A stretch of 64,000 bases of DNA, from the NCBI GenBank assembly GCA_051362555.1, contig CM120640.1, positions 54,042,788 through 54,106,787 on the forward strand, in the 5' to 3' direction. Positions 51,501 through 63,773 of the stretch are shown here, piece after piece. The translations under genes were made by a program, and so were the position numbers. Positions within the stretch are counted from its first letter, which is position 1. Each line of letters starts with the position of its first letter. The notes beneath the pieces were generated by a model. The model was not told where the DNA came from. It ran no database searches and saw only the letters and a program-made list of their open reading frames with translations. Source of the stretch: Lingula anatina. Its lineage: Eukaryota > Animalia > Brachiopoda.

Positions 51501-54500
51501 GCAAAGGAGGGACTGCAATGGTTTTCAAGGGTCTTTACAAAGGAAAAGCTGTGGCCATTAAGGAATTTTTTTCTGGTCAAAATGCCTCAGAGTACACTCA
51601 GTCTAGTGGGTCGGAGGACAGTGGAAGGATGACATTTCAGAGTGGTGTCAGCACTTGGCAGTCTACTCTGGAAGCTGCTGATGATACCACCAGTACTGTC
51701 AGTGGTGTGGAAACTTTGGGCACTAGGGAGCAGGAGATTCTTGAGTGGAGACAGATGGCAAAGGGAGCAAAGGTTAAGAAAAGAGAGTTAATAAAACAAA
51801 ATTTACGTACTGTATTTTCAGTGTTATTGCATGCATTGAAATTTTCATATTTTATTAAGAAACATTTTGTGTAAGGTTTTTGGATTTTTAAATTTACTCA
51901 AAAAAAAATTACGTGTAGTCTATAAAGATTACACTTTGTGTTTTCTCACTAGATTGTGCAAGCATTCAAAGAAGTCCGCCAGGAGGTGATGCTGCTGAGT
52001 AAGCTAAAACATCCCAATGTGTTATCTCTGATAGGGGTGTGTTTCAATCCCCTATGCTTTGTGATGGAGTATGCCCCCTATGGTAGCCTGACCAGTGTGC
52101 TACATGCAGGAGACAGAGAGAACCTGTCAGATGATGTGCAAGGACAACATGGCATGGTGTTCAACAAGATGTTCACCTATAAACTGCTATTGCAGGTACT
52201 TGTATTATATAATGCTTCGTATGACATTCACTGCTGAATAAACCTAGAGCTGTGTTCTTTTAAAAAACAAGGCAGCAAAGCTTTGAAATGGACAGACATA
52301 GATGACAAAACTGATAGCAGTGGACATTGAAACAGTCTTAAAATGACCAATGTAAAGGTGAAAGTGCAGATAGTATTTTTTCCATTTTGAGCACATTCAC
52401 GCCCATTTTTTAATTACCACAGTTGCTGTGGACATTCAGAAAATGTTACTATCAAGTGGGAATTCAAACTAACTCCTCGAAAATGCAGATTTATGAAAAA
52501 TGAAATATTTACTAAAAATTCAATTAGACTATTAATATTCCTTTGAATTTGAGAATTATAAGTAAAATTATGTGCATGGCATTGCTGACATTGACAGCAA
52601 TTATAGATGCAAGAGATGACTGTACAATGTCCAGACACATTATCTGTCCATAAAAAGCCTATTTAATATCTGAACTATAAATCCTTTACTTTGCAAGTTA
52701 GATCTAAACATTTAAGTGATGTAGAAGACTGCAACAAACAGCAAAATTTGAAAAAAAAGTTTTTTGTATTGCCTGGGTTTAATATTTACAGTGGAATATT
52801 TCCTCATTTCTCAGTTAACCTTATTTCCAGGTTGCTGAAGCCCTGTTTTACCTTCACAGCAAAGACGTCATCTACAGAGATCTGAAGTCAGACAACATCT
52901 TGGTATGGAGCCTTAGAATGCAGGATGCCGTCAATGTCAAGGTGTCAGACTATGGGATCTCTACTTACTTAACGCCCTCTGGTGTCATAGGGAATGAGGG
53001 GACACCAGGATTCCAGGCACCTGAAGTCAGAACTGGAGTTACCTATGATGAGAAGGTAGGTTGTTTGATTGGTATGGTGTGCTGAGAAAATGTTTTATGT
53101 GGCAGTATGGTTTGCTTGGCTCTTTTCTCTCCTAGGATATAAAGTGGTAATTTAAATGTGCAGTTCAAAGTGAAAGAAGAAAGTTCACTCTACACGGTTT
53201 CTCTGGTTTGTTCAGATTGGTACAAGATCATCCGTGTCCTTAGACATAGACCGATTGTACAACAAATAGTGGCACAATTAATCAGGTAACATACATTCTT
53301 CTTTTAAAGGCAAGCTGACAGGATTTTGTCAAAATTTTACTACTGGTTCTTATTTTTCAATTTTTGTTCATTGGTACTTGGCTACTACAGACTTGTCAAC
53401 CACAGTGCCATGTCTGGCTGTTAAAAGACAGAGTTGCAGGTGTCTCTTCTTGATCTTGATAGATATAGACTTATGGCAATCAAGGTAATTATATGTCTGT
53501 GTCCCTAGGCAGAATGCATTTATGCATGTGTATTCCACCCAGGGACAAGGTTGCATAATTACCTTGATTTGCCTGTTTATTTTTGCAGCCCCTGTGAATT
53601 GGTTCAATCCAATTTTCTTAATGAATTTAAGACTTCCTTAAGGCAAACTGGCTATTCTTTTCTTCATCGTGTCCAACAGTTTATCTATTGACTGCCTCAT
53701 ATTTGCTGCTGATGTAATTAGTGTCTCTGAAGTACTCAGAAAAATATATGAAGAGCCTTGGTCTATTTTTGCATGTCCGATTGTCCAAATGTTTGACCTA
53801 AAATCCCTTCAGTGACTTGAAATTAATATTAAATAAGATCCTGGTATATTCATGAACAATGATGGCAATAAATCTTTCAATTAGACAACATGGACACTTC
53901 CAGTAAAATAGGCCATTTCATCAAAGGTGCCTTGAGAGGACTGCTGCAGTGAGCACACCTGACAGTGACAATTCCATTTTATAGCAGGATAAACTACCGT
54001 TTTGCACATTTTAGAACTGTTTAGACTGATCAGGCAAAAAGGTTTTTAGATGAAATGTATGTTATGCAAGACTTGTTTATATTGCTAATTTTAATTTTGT
54101 GCATGAATTTTGCCTGTGGTGGGCCACTCTTCATTTTAAATAAAACTCTGTGAATTCATGTGAAAGAACATAAAAACAAAGAACAGTACATGTATTCCAA
54201 CAAATGAGATAAACAAGTATTCATTTGTGGGGTTTCAATTCATTTAAGTTTTATTTTAAAATTCTTTTCAGGTTGACCTGTTTTCATTTGCCATGCTGAT
54301 CTATGAAACATTGACAGGACTGCGACCATTTGGCCAAAGGAAATCTCTTTCTTCCATTACTTATGCTGTGCGCAAAGGAGAGAAACCAGATTTGAAGGTG
54401 AATTTTTTGTTGATACTCCTTTTCCTCTCTGCAAGTTGAATTTATTTACTTCTGTAGAACATGTATAAAATAATAAAACCACTGGTACTACATGCACTTA

Positions 54501-55401
54501 GTGTTATATGCAAAAAATTTTTCACACCAAAGTAGTAGGAATTTCTAATTTAATTTCATTTTAATTTGGCTGCCAGTACCTGATGTTATGACCTAAAACT
54601 TCTATGAAGTAACTGAATATAGAATGTAATAAGTTTCAGTTTTTATTATGCAAATATTGAATTTTTATACGAGTGCTTTTTATTTCTGTGAATCCAGGAC
54701 CAGTGACAAAGACATTTGACTTAATTATGTTTCTGACATCATTGCCTTTGTGTGTGTGGAATTCATTTATCTTAATGCAGGGAATTGACATGAAAATGCA
54801 AATGTTGCAAGACTTAGTGGTGCAGTGCTGGAATAATGAGCCCCAATGCCGCCCTACAGCAGAACATGTTGTTGATGTCATGAAAGATGTCAAATTCATC
54901 TGTCTCAACAGTATTTTCCCCCAAAAGGATATGAAGAAGTTGCCAAAGATTGATTGTGTTGGAAAACAGGTCTGTTTGCCCTCACTATTTTGTTGGTGTA
55001 TGTACTGAGTAGTTCACCATTTTGAATAGGCATTTTTTTTATTAAAATACACTTTTAACATACATAACATTGGGATTTTTTCTCCACCTTAGCAGTAGGG
55101 TTGACATGCATTCACTTTTTGTGTTAGTCATAATCAAAATTAAAATATAGTATTTACTGTGTACATAGGGACAATCATTTTGATTCTCCTAGCTACCATC
55201 TTCAATTTGAAGAATAATGTACTTGTTACTCAGGATACTACGTCAGCACTAGTGTGGATGTGGAGTGGTGAGGGGGTGGGCAGGCAGTTGTACATCTTCA
55301 ACAGTGAGACTCGTCATTATAAACACAGTGGCCTTTATCTTTCGGGTGCCAAGGTCACCTGCCAGGTCAAGGTCGAAGGAGACATATGGATAGGAACAGA
55401 G
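25487..55401 (+). CDS. LRRK1: LRRK1-like leucine-rich repeat serine/threonine kinase (ROCO: ANK-LRR-ROC-COR-kinase-WD40), 3' partial
   Basis: Phase-consistent GT-AG exons: 25487-25499, 26298-26512, 29577-29748, 30652-30852, 31821-31993, 32384-32601, 33851-34035, 34744-34910, 35039-35174, 35524-35668, 35955-36164, 36856-36974 (or 36965), 37401-37507, 37899-38039, 38333-38500, 39025-39294, 39745-39895, 48336-48463, 48841-48992, 49599-49853, 50094-50341, 51231-51772, 51953-52195, 52831-53055, 54272-54397, 54781-54969, 55234-55401. Motifs: ankyrin (GTPLAVCC, HSPLHIA, RTPLYAAC); LRRs (LDLSHN); ROC P-loop GREERGKS, ATNGI, WDCAGQE, IVGTHLD; COR LHEAGVLLHY, PSGFWSRL, YWRQG, EWFPG; kinase VAIK, YRDLKSDNILVWSL, SDYGIS, GTPGFQAPE. 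No armadillo N-terminus, so LRRK1-type rather than LRRK2-type. First exon is tentative; orthology needs a tree. Confidence 0.9.
26673..28739. mobile_element. ~2.1-kb TTAA-flanked element (Kolobok-like) in LRRK intron 2
   Basis: ttaaggccggtgatag vs reverse complement ttaaggtgactgatag (12/16), TTAA both ends; CpG-rich block in a CpG-poor intron; short broken ORF remnants (26979-27101, 27305-27520). Confidence 0.55.
30900..31168. mobile_element. Fold-back MITE
   Basis: Arms tggggactcttgctgaatgcaat..aacagattaaca (30953-30993) / 31074-31115, extending imperfectly outward; related to the 17363/59874 family. Confidence 0.8.
31259..31515. mobile_element. Fold-back MITE (second, adjacent)
   Basis: ~80-bp imperfect arms 31298-31379 / 31400-31481 (gatctatctcc..ggggattctcgctaaattgc vs gcaatttagcgagaaacccctgggagatggatc). 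Confidence 0.8.
31678..31724. repeat. (TTTA)n microsatellite
   Basis: Direct reading. Confidence 0.9.
32939..33760 (+). mobile_element. Old diverged relative of the 40311-48220 HINE element with about one satellite unit
   Basis: Begins ttgtaccacca..ggcagtacacatg; colinear similarity to 40311-41000 (tatgggaaaa..ctataga..ccaaaagtc..cccttggattt); one unit-like segment gtccatagttactttgaacttgaatagaaa..gtgaccttgaatatgacctttg at ~33640-33735. Confidence 0.75.
35198..35340 (+). pseudogene. Decayed tandem copy of LRRK LRR exon 9 (pseudo-exon)
   Basis: Aligns to 35039-35180 including the gtaagtaga donor; in-frame TGA at 35310-35312; 5' part disrupted. Confidence 0.85.
36220..36539 (+). mobile_element. 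Interspersed repeat ending tatccctttaa (TTAA-type MITE family)
   Basis: Reverse-complement copy at 63774-64000; fragments at ~15500-15613, ~51030-51112 and ~61550-61592. Confidence 0.75.
37269..37335 (+). pseudogene. Partial copy of the 3' half of LRRK exon 12 with its donor
   Basis: tcaaggtagagaagtctctactgcagaaccttcctcctcacctttggccacaaggttaggctg vs 36912-36983. Confidence 0.85.
39500..39644. repeat. (TG)n microsatellite fused to a hairpin MITE remnant
   Basis: TG run 39500-39537; 41-bp arms 39539-39579 / 39598-39638 with 2 mismatches; right end ...ccta. Confidence 0.85.
40311..43586 (+). mobile_element. HINE/DINE-1-like non-autonomous Helentron, copy 1
   Basis: 13-bp subTIR ttgtaccaccagc (40311-40323) / gctggtggtacaa (43539-43551); 5' stem-loop 40312-40341; (tccgccggc)x7 at 40368-40430; 146-bp arrays ~41330-42340 and ~42685-43390; 3' stem-loop gaggcg-gtat-cgcctc (43558-43573); ends ctctag. 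Confidence 0.85.
41330..48030. repeat. 146-bp satellite-like tandem arrays (about 7 + 5 + 24 units)
   Basis: Anchor caaaactggc at 41341, 41487, 41633 gives period 146; units differ at only a few positions. Confidence 0.95.
43587..48220 (+). mobile_element. HINE/DINE-1-like non-autonomous Helentron, copy 2 (head-to-tail with copy 1)
   Basis: Same termini, microsatellite x2, about 24 units of the 146-bp repeat (~44565-48030); followed by TTTTT. Confidence 0.85.
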
Positions 55402-56841
55402 GTATGTGGGCCATTTCATTTTTCAGCATGAGAGATAAGAATTTGCTTCAGATAAATGGTTTTAATTGTTTCATTTTGAACAACATTTATAAATAATTTT
55501 TCAAATTCATGTTTACTGTGCAGTGTTTGTTATGTTCCTGACAACTGACAGTGGTTAGATTCATTAAGTGCAATATTATTATTCTTTAAGTGCAATAACT
55601 ATACCAGCAGCACAGAACTGGAGATGCCACAGATTTGGTAACCCAAGCACTGCCTGGTAACCCACCTCTGCTGCTACTGAAAATAGTCATAGTTAGCAAA
55701 GACAACCCCATTCTCCCATCTTATGCAATCCCCAGTACTGTGATAATGTATGTCAGAAACAAACAAAGAAAATACATTTACTCTTTATGGCATAAGACAA
55801 TCTGCAAAAAAGGGTCTATCTTTATGCAATGTGAACTTGCTTTATGAGAAAGTGTTACTCCAGGACAGCATATTTATGACTCACTTTGTGCAATTTGAAA
55901 ACAGATTTGGATGATGGAACAAGTTTACCTGATTGAGTGTTTTCATTATTTTAATATAATTACAGCTCTTTTAAAAGAAAACAATATAAGTAACATTAAA
56001 AAAAATTAAATTGACCTGCATATTCAAATTCTCAAGGCTCTTGATAATTTGTTTAATTATTTAATCGGAAATCCCATCTCAAGTTAAGCAAACTGTATCT
56101 TTAATTACAAATAGATCAAATTGAGTGAATTTATTTTATTCAAATTTGTTTAAATATATATATCTAAAATGTGCACTGAAAAAAGCCATATATATATATT
56201 TGAAAAGTTATGGTCTATAGTCTCATTAATCTGCTAAAAAGCAATTTCTTGCACCAGTACTTTCAGTACAGATTGTAAAGTAAAAGAAGAATTTTTTAAT
56301 ATTTTGAATATTTATTGAAGGAATTTAACAAAGAACAAAATGGACATTTTTTTTTTTCATCAAGAAGTTTTGTTAAGGTTAAATTTTGCAATTTTTGCCT
56401 GCAGATATTTTTTGGCTTTGACTGCCATTGTCCGCAGTCCAGCCTCCATCTTGTTGTGACAGAGTAGAAGAAATTCAGCATGACAGCCTGACCCAGGAAA
56501 TGAGGGAAAAGATGGATAACATGCCTTGCAAATGACTATCAGAATGCATTTCAGAAATGCATCTGTCTACGTAGAAATTCTGTAAAATGGTTAATATGGA
56601 CAATTATATTTTGTTTTTTTTTTTTTTCATATCCTTTCATTTGTATAAAATGTAACTGTATTTTTCTGTTAAACTTTTAAATCAAGGAAAAGCTAGTCAG
56701 CTTTATTTGCCTCAGAATTATAATTACATATCATGCTATTATCTTTCTATTTGGTTTTGTTAGAGTCTTGGAAACAATTATAAAAAGCATGTGTTCATTT
56801 GTTGACATGTTATCTACGATTATTGGTAATTTTCAGAATTG

Positions 56842-57786
56842 TTATTCTTTAATGAAATGCCATTTTAATAGAGAATTGCCTAAAAGAAGAGTTTCATTTA
56901 CACCATTCTTTAACTTTTCCCTAAAGACAAATGGGAATTTTTCATAAAGCTTGTCACATCCAATTTTTGCTTGTGATTTTTTGTCTGTGAAATGTTCAGA
57001 CTTATGGTTGTATGTATTTGTGGAACAAACAGATAGCTCATAGCTCTGAGCTAACACCTTCTCTGTGTGTTTAGGAGCCAATAACGTTATATTTTCAAAA
57101 GGTCTTTCCTGTAGTGGAAAAATGTCTTTCTTTTGAAATGTAAATAGCCGTTTAAAACCAGGATCAACATCCCATATTTGGTTGGCATTCTCCTTGTAAA
57201 AACATATATCCAGAAAAGGCCATCTCCATTTCAGATTCCGAATCATTTTAGAAGAATTCTTGAAAAATTTCCAGCGCACCTTTTGTGAGACCACCAAAAC
57301 ATAGACTGGACTTAGAGCAGAAACGGCTGCCTTTAGTTTCCCTCTGTCTGCATCATTCATTAGCAAATCTACGTCGTCATCCCATGGAATGAAGCCATGG
57401 TGCCTGTAGGCTCCCAGGAGAGTCCCCCCATACATCATATATGATAAATTTGCTTTTTTAAGAGCATTAGTGAAAACAGTCAGTAAGTCCATCATCATGC
57501 CCAAATCCTTGGAGCTCATGCTAGGCTTGAAATGTGAAACTATTTTTTGCTCTTCAGGAGTCAATTGCACAACATTTCTTGGAATGTGTTCTGTTTTAGG
57601 GGAAGTTGAATTTGCATTATTAAATGTTAGAATAGCTGGTTTATGTGCACTAGAAATAGTTGCTGGTTTGATAGATATATTATAAGATCCAGTGAGTTGT
57701 TGCACACTAGGTCCCAGCCACCATACAAGGCAACCCATGAAATCCACAGTTAGAAAGGCTATAAAGAATCCTACGGTCTTCTTCAT
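56842..57786 (-). CDS. LicD-family (fukutin/FKRP-related) nucleotidyltransferase-fold phosphotransferase, type II membrane protein, 314 aa
   Basis: Single uninterrupted ORF; N-terminal hydrophobic anchor; signature YMMYGGTLLGAYRHHGFIPWDDDVDLLM and WPFLDICFY; splice acceptor ttcttcttcag 11 nt upstream of the ATG implies a 5' UTR intron. Confidence 0.93.
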   Translation of the reverse strand: MKKTVGFFIAFLTVDFMGCLVWWLGPSVQQLTGSYNISIKPATISSAHKPAILTFNNANSTSPKTEHIPRNVVQLTPEEQKIVSHFKPSMSSKDLGMMMDLLTVFTNALKKANLSYMMYGGTLLGAYRHHGFIPWDDDVDLLMNDADRGKLKAAVSALSPVYVLVVSQKVRWKFFKNSSKMIRNLKWRWPFLDICFYKENANQIWDVDPGFKRLFTFQKKDIFPLQERPFENITLLAPKHTEKVLAQSYELSVCSTNTYNHKSEHFTDKKSQAKIGCDKLYEKFPFVFREKLKNGVNETLLLGNSLLKWHFIKE

Positions 57787-59080
57787 TGTTTAATTCCTGA
57801 AGAAGAAGTGAAAATTGTCATTTTAACCTATAAAATTCAAAACCATATCATAACAATGAGCCAATAACTTTTTTACTTAGCAGAAAAAGAAATAAATCTT
57901 AAGTGAATTGTTAAAATTAAGGTCTATGCCATCTATTTCTAATTAAGATGTGCACTCAAAAATCAATAATGCTTATGAAAAACTTAATAGTTCACATTGA
58001 GCACCATTACTTAAATTTTGACCAAGGATCCCTCAACCTAATTTAGTTTTACCCATGACCATGACTAGCTGTTTTTGAAAGAAAAGTTATAAAATTTAGT
58101 CTCATCCTTTTATAAAATTAAGTCTCATTCTTTGCTTACATATATAATTCATTACCAAACCCAGTTCAATCTTTTTCCTATCCCATCTTATCTTGAAACA
58201 GTAAGCATTATAGCATATAGAAATTTAACAGGATATCACACACCTTCAGAAACAGGACACACATGCCTGGGGAAAAATAACTACAGGGATTTTCATGCTC
58301 CCTTTTAATGGTCTGCCAAAATCTAAGTAGGGTTTTGCTGGAGAGTGAGATGATAAAATGCCCAGGCTTACTAACTCCAGATGTATTTTTTGTATGTTGA
58401 AGACCTTGTTTAAGCCAGTTATTAAACAATAGCAGTTCAAAGACTTGACGTTACACAGCCCTGATTAATCAACATAAGTTGCTTTTGTTTTAATTACCTT
58501 TCCTTGTTCTTTCAGGTCATTTTTTCCATTTCATGTTTTTAGTTGCCCTATTGTAAATTTGCCTTAGTAATATAATTTAATTACCAACTAGGGAATTGGA
58601 TTAATCAGCTTGAAGAAATTTCACTTCCTATTGTGAAAATATTATTAATAAGAAACTCCAAGCAAATTATAATAGGAGTCTGAAGAATACTTATTTATGA
58701 TCTGTGGTTTATATTATGTTTGAAATATCCAATGGTGTAAATACATTTAGATATTCATGAAGGCGAAAGCAACACTAGAAGTGCAAAACCATTTTAACCT
58801 ATTGATTGCGTGAGATTATAGAGGATAAAGAAGGTTTTTAGATCTTCCAAGCAGCTTTCTCATCAGCATGTATTGCCCTGGGAATAACTGGTAATTTCAT
58901 TTTGATGGTTATTTGGAGCATTGGCAGTTGTACTAGTGGTAAGGCCTGCATCTGATAGAGCATTATTTCATGATTACCAACATGATACACATAGTTCTCA
59001 AAATTAGACGTTCCATTGTTCAGTTATTAACAATAAAATGCCACCTTAAGAAATTAATTGAAACTTATCATACACACTAG

Positions 59081-59084
<4 letters not shown>

Positions 59085-59120
<36 letters not shown>
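59085..59120. repeat. (CA)n microsatellite
   Basis: Direct reading; another CA/CATA run at ~60248-60290. Confidence 0.9.
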
Positions 59121-59122
<2 letters not shown>

Positions 59123-59873
59123 AACACAGAGACCAGAAAGCATTGATGAGATGGGGAATGGGGCTTAGAAAAACTTTAGGTCAGAAAAATTCTACTCTAA
59201 ATCAAATATTGTTCTCGGTTCAATGCCATTGTTTAGATTAGGTCAGCTAAATTTGTAAAAAGGTCACCTTCTTTTAAAGAAGACCCCCCCCCCCCCCCCC
59301 TTTGAAATTTCCAATTAGATTCTAACGTGACCTATGGTTGATTCATATTCATTAATTAATATTAACTAGACAAAGAATTGCTAGATTTTTCACTCAATTT
59401 TGTGTACAGTTGTTGTTGCAATGTTTCTTGGATATTTCCATAGATAATTCTTATGTCTGATTTGATTTATGTTGAAACTTATTGGGATTAGACTAGAGTT
59501 TTTGGCATGTTACTGTGATGCTGAAATTACTGCGGTACTTGTGTGGAATGTTTCATTACACTGGACAGTGACCATCAAATTTCAAAATGGTTTTCTTTCT
59601 GTAGTGGATATCTGGTACTCAGCCTCTTCTTATTGGTCATAAATGAATTTAACATATATGCACCAAAGCTCATCCAAAAGTATTTGATAAATTATTTTGA
59701 TAAAAATGTTCTTTTGTAAAGTAGCTGTTAAGTTTTAATGCACAAACATATGTGCAACTTTTTTCCTTTCCAGTCTAGTCAGTATGTGGTGTTTCTCTCG
59801 TCCATTATTTCTCAAATCTCCTCTAGTATAATTCTGTGAATTAGTCACTTAGTTGTACAAGAGGCAACGAGTC

Positions 59874-60094
59874 TAAGACCCCATTCCCCACAGAATTTAG
59901 ATTGATCTATCCCCGTGGGGAGTCTCACTAGATTACTGTCAGCTTAGCTGGCCTAAATGTCTGTCCCGCCTACTAAAAGCTGTAAGGGGGTAATTAACTT
60001 TCGTGCGCGGTCGGCTGACAGCCATTTAGTGTGAACCCTCTGAGAGTTAGGTCAATCTAGTTAGATCGATCTAAATTTCTGGGAATGCGCTCTA
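59874..60094 (-). mobile_element. MITE, inverted copy of 17363-17593
   Basis: Colinear reverse-complement similarity; TA at both ends. Confidence 0.8.
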
Positions 60095-62062
60095 AATGTG
60101 GTTTTGTTCTCCTAATTTCCAGAACACTATTCCTGTTTCTTTACTTTTTCAGACTTGCAAGTTTTATAATTCTCTTATTTGTTCTAGAAACTGTCAAATT
60201 GTCAATTAATTAATGTTGATCCCCCTTGCATGCACTCATGTGCATTCACACACATACACACACACATACACACATACACACACACACACAGGGGAGTTTT
60301 GTCTCTACTACCTGCCTACTACAGTCTCTCATGATATACCATCTTGCATTTGGAATCTTACTCTGACACAATATGATTGGGCACGTGACTTGAAATTCTT
60401 GGTACAACAGGAACTAAAGTTTTAACAGTGATTAAATCCTGATTAGTTCTGAAACTGAAACAGAAACAAAAAGTTAATATTCACCATTTACTGACTATAC
60501 TGATATTAGTCACAGAAAAATCATTCAAGACTAAACCAGACAACAAATACAGAATACTTGCCTGCGTTCCTGAGAAGCAACCAGAACTGAACAGTGACTA
60601 AGCAGTGCACTTTGTACTTTGTAATCCAATCTGCGGTCTGTCTGTACTTGCAGTTCCAGTAACCAGTACATTTCTCATTGCTGCCTATGTCCAATATTCC
60701 TGCAGGCAGTTCAATAATTACCAACTGATCTGCTGCTGTCCAATAAATTCACCAGTTTCTGTATCTAGTGGTGGCAAATACCATTTCTTCTTACCCAAGA
60801 GGCAAAAATTACCAGATATTTATAAACAAGATTATGTCGGTTCGTCAGCTGCCTGCTTGCTTTCTGCAGAATGACTATGTGGTGGTAATTTGGACCATGT
60901 GGTTAATTCCACTACTTACTGCAGGAGGGGTGTTAGGTAGTATGTGAAAACCATATTGGAACTGTCTGTGGGAGATACCATACTGGAACTGTCTGTGGGC
61001 TATAACCTGAATCCTTTAACCTAAAATGCTTATTGAAATATTTTTGCATTTGGGATCTTGTGAAAAGCATAACATTGTGGGAAGTTATTAACAGTCCAAG
61101 AATACAGAAAACCATTAGAGTCAATTCAAAAACAACAGCTCCTTATAGGAAGAATTTATTAACCACGACAACCTAGCTGTTATTCTAACACAGGCCAAGT
61201 GACTTGGAGGGGGGGGGGAGTTAGTCGTACTTTCATTTGACATATTGTTTTATATTGTTTGATGTAAAAAAAAAAAAAAGAATGCAAAGGTCATAGTGGC
61301 AAAGTTGTAAAGGCTTAAATGTAAAGAAGTGGTAAAGGGATCACAACAGATCTTATGAGATTCATATTTCATTATAAATACATTGTAAGCAACTCCTAGA
61401 AATAAATTCCATTTTACTGCCAAAACAGCAGTTATTGCATTTATTCCGGAATCTATGCTTGCCATCAGACCATGCGGACCTTCATAAATGGATATACCTC
61501 AGTAATAATCTCATATGAGATCATTACAACAAACCAAATTTTTTAGAAAAAAAAACATGGACTAACTTTGAATGGATTCATTACGTAACCATTGATGAGT
61601 ATGAGGAAATTATCCTTGCCCCAAGTGGAGCACTTGTTTTCCCTTTAAATATGCTTGGTGAGTGTGGTATTAAAGAGATATGAAAAAGAAAAAGATCAAG
61701 AAAAATGATGTAGAATATGAAGGAAAGATTACTATAACCAAGTTATTGGTATCATCATTTATATTTATCTATGGCATATATTGGAATAAAGCATTTTAAA
61801 GATTTGCACAAGAGGTTGCTTATTATTACCATGCCAATGAAAATTAGTTATTGATTATCCCAAATATATTCTTGCTTACTGAAGCAGTTTATTGCAGCAT
61901 GCTGATTCCATAAAAGATAAGATTTATGTTCTGTGATTAAAGAAAACGAGATACAGGTTTTTGTATTTGAAACTGATTGGACCTTAACTACACTTCATTA
62001 CAATAAACATTTAGGATCTATCATACTGTGTGGCCCAGTAGAGACTGTTACACTAAAATAAC

Positions 62063-62281
62063 CAGGGGCGGATCCAGGATTATCTGAAGGGGGTGTCCGC
62101 GGATATGAAGTGTGGGGTTTGGAGTCTGGTATTTTAGCTGGCGAATGGGGCCATTCGTACAGTTTAGAGCAGCTTGTCAAAATTCTAATTTGAAGAGGGA
62201 ACCTTTGGTATGTTTTTTTTTTTTTTTCTGAAATCGGAGGGGGGGTCAGAACACCCCTGACACCCCCTAAATCTGCCACTG
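62063..62281 (+). mobile_element. CAG..CTG MITE with 5-bp TSD (hAT5-like)
   Basis: caggggcggatcc ... aatctgccactg; ATAAC on both sides. Confidence 0.8.
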
Positions 62282-62779
62282 ATAACCCATTTGATGTGAA
62301 AAAAGCCTCACAATAACATGGCCTACCTTAGATGACAAAAACCTCTCCATTCAGCATATTAAAATTTTACAAATTTTAATATTTTACTAAGGCATGTAAT
62401 GTCTGTTTTATGCAGAAGAATTAATCATCACACTTGTTTCCAAGTATGATCACTCTGTCAGTAGATCTTCCTCTTGACTATAGGTACAAAAATCACACTT
62501 TATTTTAAATTGAAGTCAGATATATGTGAACTAATATCAGCTTTCCACAGTCATTTCATACGATATACACATGTTCACTGGTTCCTTATATACAGCAGAA
62601 GGACCATCTCCTGTACCTGAACATTAAAAAAGTATGACTTGATGGGCCAAAGTACTTACAAGTGACAATTGTGCCGGGGTGAAACATACTGTATTTGGCA
62701 AACAATGTGGCAGGTGATATGTTGCCCATCAACATCTGATTGTGTTGGTCTTTTTAAGGGTTTTTATATTTTGTATGTA

Positions 62780-63300
62780 TTCTGATTGGTCCGTCTGTCC
62801 GTGTCATCACAGTCACGACGTTTGCCCCAAAACAGCCAAACCATATTTTTGTTTTACTTTAATTTACTGAGTGGCTTGTTTGGTAAAGAGGCAGGTTTAC
62901 TTTTTGTGTATGTGTGTGAAATTTTAGCACTTTCAGTAGCTTTTATATCCTGTGGAACTGAATCATTTGCTAGTTTTTCAGTGTCCATGTTACCTGAAGT
63001 ACATAATTTAAGAGGGTAAACGTGACTATCCTGTTTTAAGGCATTATGAAACAGTGCATCAAAATTGGCCAAAACATTATTTTGTGCACTTTTTTCTATG
63101 CAATGTCTGAACATTTGACAGCTTTTCTGCCTTGTTTCCTGTATGGCATCTGAATATTTGGCAGCTTTGCTCTCTAGTTATCTTCGTTTTCAAAAAAAAA
63201 ATGTCATCATAATTGTGAAAAGTCTTTACTTGATGACTACAAGTTCTCCCATAATGTACTGATGACCTTTGAAAATGACACATCAATCAGTAGTTAATCC
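62780..63300 (+). mobile_element. Opposite-strand member of the 2700-7370 repeat family
   Basis: Reverse complement of 63010-63170 matches 2968-3095 (gccatacaggaaacaaggcag..caaatgttcagacatt); gtccgtctgtccgt microsatellite at ~62789. Confidence 0.7.
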
Positions 63301-63773
63301 AAGTAAGGAAAGTGAAGTTGACAATATAACTTAAATTATCAGGAGTATAACACTGCATCTACCCTGTACATCTACTTACTGTTTTGCTTTCATATTGGTA
63401 AATTAGGTTAATTTGGTTGTATATTTTCTTTGTATATTACTTAAACTAACATGTTCATTTATTTGTTTATTGTAGTAAGTTTTGTGTAAGTGTACTTACA
63501 AATATGAGTATGCTTGACCGAAAAAGTTCAGAAACAATATGTTGAATAATTATTAAACAACCATAAAAGCTAAGGTAAATATTTTAACCACATATTGATA
63601 GGTAATGCAGCAATTATTCATTCCTTTTTTATATACTTTGAAGAATTTCCCACAACATTACGTAGTTTTTAATTATTGAAGAACAATTTCATTTTTCTGA
63701 ACTTTTTTGGTCAGTTGTAAATAAGGTGGTTTTGGTGTAGAGCATCCTTTTACTCAGTGCTGTCAGTGTTTTA

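Noticed and set aside
62786-63286. Overlapping ORFs of 69-86 aa
   Set aside because: DNA matches the non-coding repeat family at 2968-3095 and 7040-7075.
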